From a virus (Duplodnaviria; Caudoviricetes), in the IMG/VR virus record IMGVR_UViG_2974518066_000001, positions 1 to 64,000 of that record: 64,000 bases of DNA. The stretch is one strand, 5' to 3'. Made by a program: the position numbers and the translations under genes. Below, piece by piece: positions 58,103 through 64,000 of the stretch. How positions within the stretch are numbered: position 1 is the first letter of the stretch; every line of letters starts with the position of its first letter. The notes beneath the pieces were generated by a model. That model worked only from the letters and a program-made list of their open reading frames with translations, ran no database searches and was not told the origin of the DNA.

Positions 58103-58468
58103 TCACTCCTTGGCAGTGATGGCAGCGGCGCGGATGCGCCAGAGTTCGGTCGCCTGACACACGCTGCCCGGCCGCCCGAAGCGATCCGACAGCCCGGCGG
58201 CGACGACGATGATGGGGAGGAGATGAGGGTGCTCGGCCATGTAGCGATCCCACAGCTCCGCATAGAGCTGGGCGACCTCCTTGGCGTTCACCGGCCGGAA
58301 GCCTTTCGCCTCCTTGATCGAGAGACCGGTATCGCCGTTGCGGAACACCTTGGCGGCTTGGTATTGCTCCTCGATCGTCTTCCCGCCCACACGGGCGTAG
58401 AAGGCGCTGAACCGGCGGTCACCAGCACTGGAGCATTCGAGATAGGGCGGGGCGCCGTGCTTGATCAC
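58103..58468 (-). CDS. Putative NADAR-like protein
   Basis: LECSS.GD.RFSAF, IEEQYQAAKVF, KG, LW..Y, CQA. Confidence 0.55.
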   Translation of the reverse strand: MIKHGAPPYLECSSAGDRRFSAFYARVGGKTIEEQYQAAKVFRNGDTGLSIKEAKGFRPVNAKEVAQLYAELWDRYMAEHPHLLPIIVVAAGLSDRFGRPGSVCQATELWRIRAAAITAKE

Positions 58469-60291
58469 GCTGCTTCCTTTTGCCGTTCGTTGTCGTTGGA
58501 TGATGGAGGCGGCGCGCCGTCCACGCCCTTCTGGATCATGGCGATGCGGTTGATCAGGGTGTTGATGGTGCGGGCGTCGATCGTGCCTTCGACCACCAGA
58601 TATTGGACGAGGACATTATGTTCGAGGCCGATGCGGTGGGCGCGATCCTCGCACTGTTCCATGTCGCCGGGGACCGACCACATCTCCACGAACACCACCA
58701 CCGTCGCCTCGGTCAGCGTGTGGCCGACGCCGCCCGCCTTGAGGTTGCAGATGATGACGTTGCAGTCCGGATCGGGCTCGATGCCCTTGTCCTTGTCGCC
58801 TTGGAACCGGAGCTTGTCCGCCTCGACCTTCTTCGTCCCCATACCGCCGACGATGCGGGCACAGGAGGGAAAGGCTTCGCGGATGCCCTCGACGACATCC
58901 TTGTGGATGGCGAAGACGATGACCTTTTCTCCCGCCTCTACGAGGCGCTTGATGTGTTCGATGGCCATCGGCACCTTGGACAGGGCCAGCTCGTGCCGCG
59001 CTTCCGAGAAGGCCGCAAAGCCCGGCTCGACCTCGCCCGCCGACAGCTCGGAGATGTGCTCGGAGTCGAACCCGTCGCCGAGGATTTGCGTCATGGCGTC
59101 GAGCATCACGCCCGGATCGGCCTCGGCCAGAGACTTCTTCGGCTCGAACTTCACACCGGCGTTGGCCGCCTGCAGCATCGCCAGTGCCGTGGTGAACTTG
59201 TCGCGCTCGGTGTTGATCTTCTTCTTCAAGCCCTCGGGCGGCAGGACGATTACCTGTCGCGTCTTGGGCGGGAGGTCCTTCAAGACGTTCGACTTCAAGC
59301 GCCGGATCATGAAGGCCTTGCGAAGCAGCTCGTTCAGCTCTTCGAGGTTCGAGCCGCCGGAAACGTCCAGCCCGAAGCCGTTATCGAAGGCGTCGCAATA
59401 GCGGATCGCGAACTCGTCGTAATTGATGCCCAGACCTTCCGGGTCGAACTCCCGGATAATCGGCCACAGGTCGATCGGCCGCTTCATCATCGGCGTGCCG
59501 GTCAGCATCAGGCGCCGCTCGGCGCGGATCATCCCGGCGACGGATTCCCGGCCGACCTTGATCCGCTTGCGCTGCCAGCGTTTGGTGTTGCGGTTGAAGA
59601 AATATTCGCCGAACACAGCCTTGGTGCGGCCGGAATTGGCGTTCGACATATACTGAGCCTCATCGCACACGAGGATGCCCCAATGCTCAGCCCACAGCGC
59701 GTCCTTGTTGCGCTGGAGGATGTCGTAGTTGATGATGACGAAATCGGCCTCATCGGCGGTGGGGAACTTCGAGCCGTCGCAGACCGCGACGCGCAGCGAC
59801 TTGTCCACCAGCCACTTTTCCATCTCCTTCTTCCAGTTGAGCTTGAGCGTGGCGGGGACCACGATCACGCCCGACGTGATGCCGAGATAGTTGATGAGGC
59901 CGATCGCTTGGATGGTCTTCCCAAGGCCCGGACTGTCCGCGATCAGCGTGTCATACCGTTCAGCGGCATACAGGATGCCCGCCTTCTGGTATGGGAGATA
60001 GTCGAGGACATCACCCTTATGGTTCACGAGGTGGGGACGCGGAATGTCCGCCTCGGCGAACATGGAGTAGGAAGCGTTCAGTTCCGCTTCGTGCTTATCG
60101 AGAAGGTCCTTGACCTCCCAATATGCTTCGTCGTCCAGTTCGTCGAGGAAGACCGCCGCCTTGCGCCAGTCCTTGCAATACCATTTGCGAGTGATGAGGC
60201 GATCGAACTTGAAGCCTGCATCATGGAGCCGGTCGCGGTCTTCCTTGCTGCAGGTCGCGACGAAACGATCGCCAACCTTGGAGATGATCAT
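58465..60291 (-). CDS. SNF2-family helicase
   Basis: DSPGLGKT, DEAQ, LTGTP, RRLK..VL..LP.K, Q.EDRAHRIG. Confidence 0.93.
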   Translation of the reverse strand: MIISKVGDRFVATCSKEDRDRLHDAGFKFDRLITRKWYCKDWRKAAVFLDELDDEAYWEVKDLLDKHEAELNASYSMFAEADIPRPHLVNHKGDVLDYLPYQKAGILYAAERYDTLIADSPGLGKTIQAIGLINYLGITSGVIVVPATLKLNWKKEMEKWLVDKSLRVAVCDGSKFPTADEADFVIINYDILQRNKDALWAEHWGILVCDEAQYMSNANSGRTKAVFGEYFFNRNTKRWQRKRIKVGRESVAGMIRAERRLMLTGTPMMKRPIDLWPIIREFDPEGLGINYDEFAIRYCDAFDNGFGLDVSGGSNLEELNELLRKAFMIRRLKSNVLKDLPPKTRQVIVLPPEGLKKKINTERDKFTTALAMLQAANAGVKFEPKKSLAEADPGVMLDAMTQILGDGFDSEHISELSAGEVEPGFAAFSEARHELALSKVPMAIEHIKRLVEAGEKVIVFAIHKDVVEGIREAFPSCARIVGGMGTKKVEADKLRFQGDKDKGIEPDPDCNVIICNLKAGGVGHTLTEATVVVFVEMWSVPGDMEQCEDRAHRIGLEHNVLVQYLVVEGTIDARTINTLINRIAMIQKGVDGAPPPSSNDNERQKEAA

Positions 60292-60294
60292 TGG

Positions 60295-60483
60295 TTAGTG
60301 GAACTTCCCGATCTCGACGGTCAGGACGAGGGAGGTGCTGTCAGCCAACACCTCCGGATTGACTTTGAGGGCGCGGCGGATTTCGCTGCACACGATCTCA
60401 GCCGGATTGAAGGCGGCGTCCACGATCAGCTTGTCGATCTTGATCACCGCCTCCGCCGGTTTGTCGCCGACGACCAGATTCAC
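60295..60483 (-). CDS. Hypothetical protein
   Basis: 62-aa coupled ORF. Confidence 0.45.
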   Translation of the reverse strand: MNLVVGDKPAEAVIKIDKLIVDAAFNPAEIVCSEIRRALKVNPEVLADSTSLVLTVEIGKFH

Positions 60484-60971
60484 GCGGCGAGGCCGAACAT
60501 GCTGTTGATGGCAGCGTTGATGGTGGCCGCAGTCACTGCCGCATAGAACTCGTCCTGCGTGGTGATGCCGGTGTCCGGACGCAGCTCGCCGCGTTCGTTG
60601 AAGATGATGTCGTAACGAGCGGCGTTGAGGTTGCGGTGCAGCTCGACTTCGGCGCCGGTGGCGTAGCCGGTCGCAACGGCACGCGCGTATCCGGCCTCGT
60701 CGGCTGCTTCCCAGAGCTGACGGGTGGTCGGCGCCGGGTTCACGGGAGCCTCTTCCGCCGCGCCGCCGCGCGCCTGCTGGATGACCGCCGTCGCCAAGCG
60801 GATGTTCGTCAGGTCGCCGGGCGCGACGTTGATGGTGAAGCCGTGGGCGCCGCGATGGTCGTAGACCTGCGGCGTCAGGCCGAGGTCGGTCAGCAGTTCG
60901 CCGATCAGGTTCAGGATGGTGGTCTTGCCAGCGCCCATGGGGCCGGTTGCGCTGATCTGGATCGTGTTCAT
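60480..60971 (-). CDS. Protein with isolated N-terminal Walker A motif
   Basis: ISATGPMGAGKTT; no clear Walker B. Confidence 0.6.
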   Translation of the reverse strand: MNTIQISATGPMGAGKTTILNLIGELLTDLGLTPQVYDHRGAHGFTINVAPGDLTNIRLATAVIQQARGGAAEEAPVNPAPTTRQLWEAADEAGYARAVATGYATGAEVELHRNLNAARYDIIFNERGELRPDTGITTQDEFYAAVTAATINAAINSMFGLAA

Positions 60972-61076
60972 GGGATACCTATTTGTTGGTGGTGGTGGGG
61001 AGGTGGAATCGTCCCGCGATCGAGAGGAAGGTCGCGAGGAAGATGGAGGAGAGGACCAGCCAGATCGGCCAATCCA

Positions 61077-62369
61077 TTAGAGGCCGAGCTTCTTCTTCCA
61101 GCCGCGAAGGGTGGAGTCCTGAATGCCGAGGCTGCGAGCTGCGGCGCGGATCGACACACCTTCCAGCGCAGTCTTGATATCGACAGCCTTGAACTCGCGA
61201 CCATCGGCCGTCGTGAAGACAGGATCGAAGTCGAAACCGACGACAGAGTCCTGTTGCAGTTCCTCGTGATCGTCCGGGATGGTCAGTGACACATTATCGA
61301 TCGAGAAGCTGGGCAGGCCGTAATAGCGGATCAGTCCCGGAGCGCCGTGTTCGATCGAAATGGCGTCATCGTCTTCGAGATGGCGGATTTCCTCGACAGG
61401 GAACGTGACCTTCACGGAATCCACGGGGCGGCCATCAACGAACACCCAAGCAAGACCGTCAGCTACATAGCTCAAAGTCCCGGCCCGGCTGGTCTGGGGA
61501 TGGTAGATGCGATCTTCGGTCACAAACACCGGATCGGGAGCCGCGACGAGGGGAGCATCCACGGCAGCGTCAGGCAGCTTGATCATGCTCAGGACGCCCG
61601 CCGGGAACTCGGCCGGGTCTTCGAGATTGACGACCGTCTTGCGCCAGCACTGATGGTATGCGGCCGACTGTCCGCTCAGCTCGGCGACGACTTCGTAGCG
61701 GCAGCAGCGCCCCTTGGTGAAGCCGTAGTCGGACGGGATCGAGGTCACGTCCTTCGGATTGATCTTGACCACGACGACGCGCTCGCCGCCGAAGTTTCCG
61801 ATGTAGCCGATCGAGCAGAAGTGGAAGCCGGTGGAGCAGGTGTTGTCGCGCTTGGGATCGCAGGCATCACGGTCCATTTCCAAAATGGTGCCCGGCGAAT
61901 TGTCGAACATGCCCGAGTGGCAATCGGTATAGTTCTGCCGCACCTTCTTGAAGGCGAGGAAGCAGCCATCGGGCGTCAGCGGCATCTTGGCCTTTTCCAG
62001 CCACTGATACAGCTCTTCCTTGGCGTAGTTCGCCGGGTTGAGATGCACGTTGTCCATGAACGTCGCCCACGGTGTCAGGTCGATGCGCTGGTTCAGGATT
62101 TCCAGCATCCGCTCGGCGAGGTAGCCGTGGACCTGTTGGCCATCGTAATGGATTTCGTCCTCGAAGACGGTCACCTTGCCGATCGACAGGTGCTCGATGA
62201 GCGACTTGATCGTGATGTAGGTGCGGATGGCTTCGAGGTCGCGGTCAGCGGGTGCCTTCTGCAGCTCAGCCAGAAGGAAGGGATGGTTGGCGTGGGAAGT
62301 GTCGATGGTGTTGAAGACGCCATCAAGGAACACGGTGATCGACGATGCACCGAGCGTAAAGCTAAGCAT
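61077..62369 (-). CDS. rIIB: rIIB-like protein with C-terminal HTH
   Basis: TPDGCFLAFK.V, CSTGFHFC, VKINPKDV.SIP.DY...K.RCC.YEVV. Confidence 0.9.
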   Translation of the reverse strand: MLSFTLGASSITVFLDGVFNTIDTSHANHPFLLAELQKAPADRDLEAIRTYITIKSLIEHLSIGKVTVFEDEIHYDGQQVHGYLAERMLEILNQRIDLTPWATFMDNVHLNPANYAKEELYQWLEKAKMPLTPDGCFLAFKKVRQNYTDCHSGMFDNSPGTILEMDRDACDPKRDNTCSTGFHFCSIGYIGNFGGERVVVVKINPKDVTSIPSDYGFTKGRCCRYEVVAELSGQSAAYHQCWRKTVVNLEDPAEFPAGVLSMIKLPDAAVDAPLVAAPDPVFVTEDRIYHPQTSRAGTLSYVADGLAWVFVDGRPVDSVKVTFPVEEIRHLEDDDAISIEHGAPGLIRYYGLPSFSIDNVSLTIPDDHEELQQDSVVGFDFDPVFTTADGREFKAVDIKTALEGVSIRAAARSLGIQDSTLRGWKKKLGL

Positions 62370-62382
62370 GGGATTTCCTTGG

Positions 62383-63999
62383 TTAGGAAGCGTTGAGGAT
62401 GTTGAGGATCGTCTTGATCGTCTTGTCGCGGTCGCTGTGATATTTGCCGCTGCTGTTCATCAGATCGACCTTCACTTCCCACTCCTTGGAGAGGAGCGGG
62501 GAGGGGAACCGGCCGCCCTCGCACGGCGGAAGGACTTCCATCCCCATCGACGTGGCGATGTGGATGATGTCGTTGACGATCTTCTCCATCGCCGGGTTCT
62601 TCGACGAATGGAGCTGTTCAAATGCGCCCTGCAGATCGGGCGCCGTCTGAGACTTCGACAGATTATAGCGGTCGAAGAGCTTCACCAGCGGGGAGCGGTG
62701 AAGACCTTCCACGCTTCCCCATCGCTTGCTCAGCGCCGTGATCGCCGACCGGTAGCGGGAAGTCGTAAAGCGCTCATCGTTGATCCACGCGACGCACTGG
62801 CCGATCTGCTTTTTGGTCAAGCGCTCGGCGAAGGTGTCGAGCACATCGTAGACCAGCGGGAGATCGTCCCAGCGGCCGGGCTTGTCGTTGGACCGCGTGT
62901 TGACGATGGCGATCGACGGCCCGCCCGTGAGGGCCAATAGCTCATGCAGAGCATTGACATCTTCGCCGCTGATGTCGGGATACCGATCAGGGTCCGGGTT
63001 GATCACGAGGCCGCGATGGATCAGCGCGAACAGCGAGCCGTCCGTATCGTCGTCTTGGGTGGCGGCGCGCCATGCGCCGTTCTCGATGATCTTGATGCGA
63101 TCAAACGATCCGCCCACGCCGCCTGACCGGCGGATCATCTTCTCTTCGACATCCTTCGGCGGCTTGACCAGCTCGGAGGCGCGGACGATCGGCGGGCGGC
63201 CCATCTTGTTGTAGACGGCCCACGACAGATAGCCGGGCTCGAACACATAGGCGTGGGTCTTGCCGATCTGCTGGAGGTGGTAGTGGATGCGGCCATTGAG
63301 GTAGCGACCACTATCGTCGCGGAATACGAAGATCGCGTTGCTGACCTCAGCCTGCTTGGGCGCGCCGGAGGCGGCTCGACCGGAATAGGTGAAGACGTGA
63401 TCTCGCACACCTTCCTGATCCTTGAACACCACGACGCGCTGAAAAGCGTTTTCTGAATTGAACTTGCCCCGGCTCTTGGGCAGCAGCTTGTGGATATATT
63501 CCTCCACCGCGCTTGCTTGGAGGAAGAAGTCCGATTGCTCGAACAAGGGGCCGAGGTTGGCAAAGGCGGGAAGGCGGGCCGTGGCGCAGCGCTCGAAGCC
63601 GCTTCGACCATCGAAATTCGTATGGATCACTTCGTCGAGATCGGACAGGAACTGCCCCCAGCGCTGGCGAATGGCCTCGACGGTGCGGTCGTTATAGGCC
63701 AGCCGCTCGCGCGAAAGGTCGAAGTCGATGGCGCCGATCGGGAAGTCCATCACGATCGTCATGTCGAGATTGGCGAAGCGAGCGAACTCCTCCGACAGCT
63801 CGACCGCGACATCATCTTCATCACCGTCAGCGGCCTCCGTGACGATCAGGCGATCATCGATCTGGAACAGGTCGATCGGGTAGATGACGCAGCCCTGCCG
63901 CGCGTAGAAGCCGCCATCGGGGAGATAGGATTTGGGATAGGCCTTCCAGAACCCACCGACCTGCAGCGGCTCGGTCTTGATGGCATCGCGGACATCGAT
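62383..63999 (-). CDS. rIIA: rIIA-like protein (5' end beyond window)
   Basis: YARQG.V.YPI, FPIG.ID...SRE.L.Y...T; upstream of rIIB; frame open to window edge. Confidence 0.82.
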   Translation of the reverse strand: MDVRDAIKTEPLQVGGFWKAYPKSYLPDGGFYARQGCVIYPIDLFQIDDRLIVTEAADGDEDDVAVELSEEFARFANLDMTIVMDFPIGAIDFDLSRERLAYNDRTVEAIRQRWGQFLSDLDEVIHTNFDGRSGFERCATARLPAFANLGPLFEQSDFFLQASAVEEYIHKLLPKSRGKFNSENAFQRVVVFKDQEGVRDHVFTYSGRAASGAPKQAEVSNAIFVFRDDSGRYLNGRIHYHLQQIGKTHAYVFEPGYLSWAVYNKMGRPPIVRASELVKPPKDVEEKMIRRSGGVGGSFDRIKIIENGAWRAATQDDDTDGSLFALIHRGLVINPDPDRYPDISGEDVNALHELLALTGGPSIAIVNTRSNDKPGRWDDLPLVYDVLDTFAERLTKKQIGQCVAWINDERFTTSRYRSAITALSKRWGSVEGLHRSPLVKLFDRYNLSKSQTAPDLQGAFEQLHSSKNPAMEKIVNDIIHIATSMGMEVLPPCEGGRFPSPLLSKEWEVKVDLMNSSGKYHSDRDKTIKTILNILNAS

Positions 64000-64000
64000 C

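Noticed and set aside
50165-60291. Inteins in PolA or SNF2 helicase
   Set aside because: Lengths are ordinary and no C...HN-[CST] splice junctions were seen

Overview
The window is a continuous segment of a GC-rich tailed dsDNA phage (siphovirus). The host is probably an alphaproteobacterium, and the gene content and order resemble my recollection of phiCbK-like Caulobacter/Sphingomonadales phages in compact form (inference, not checked). Plus strand, 1-34.3 kb: a short direct-repeat region, PhoH, three tandem paralogous small ORFs, portal, scaffold, major capsid, decoration and head-tail genes, tail tube, a frameshifted tail chaperone, tape measure, a GTA-like distal tail/hub/NlpC/central-fibre block, two discoidin-rich fibres, amidase endolysin, spanins and NAD-dependent ligase. 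Minus strand, 34.4-64 kb: XRE regulator, class Ia RNR (NrdB fused to glutaredoxin, with a free-standing LAGLIDADG gene between the subunits), MazG-like proteins, ThyX, dNMP kinase, RecD/Dda-like helicase, SSB-like protein, Cas4-like and DnaQ exonucleases, a T7-type PolA carrying an N-terminal DUF4326-like domain, a kinase/metallophosphoesterase pair, adenine methyltransferase, HD hydrolase, DUF3850, a NADAR-like protein, SNF2 helicase, rIIB and partial rIIA. I saw no full terminase, integrase, tRNA or CRISPR array. Most notable observations: (i) three truncated terminase-ATPase-like paralogues directly before the portal; (ii) a repeated promoter/operator motif GTTA-N3-TAAC-TTGACA; (iii) several long structured leader or intergenic RNAs, including a ~300-nt promoter-to-terminator unit upstream of portal; (iv) 32-bp-phased repeats whose core recurs as an inverted repeat at 39.6 kb. 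All family calls come from motif recognition by eye, without database searches.
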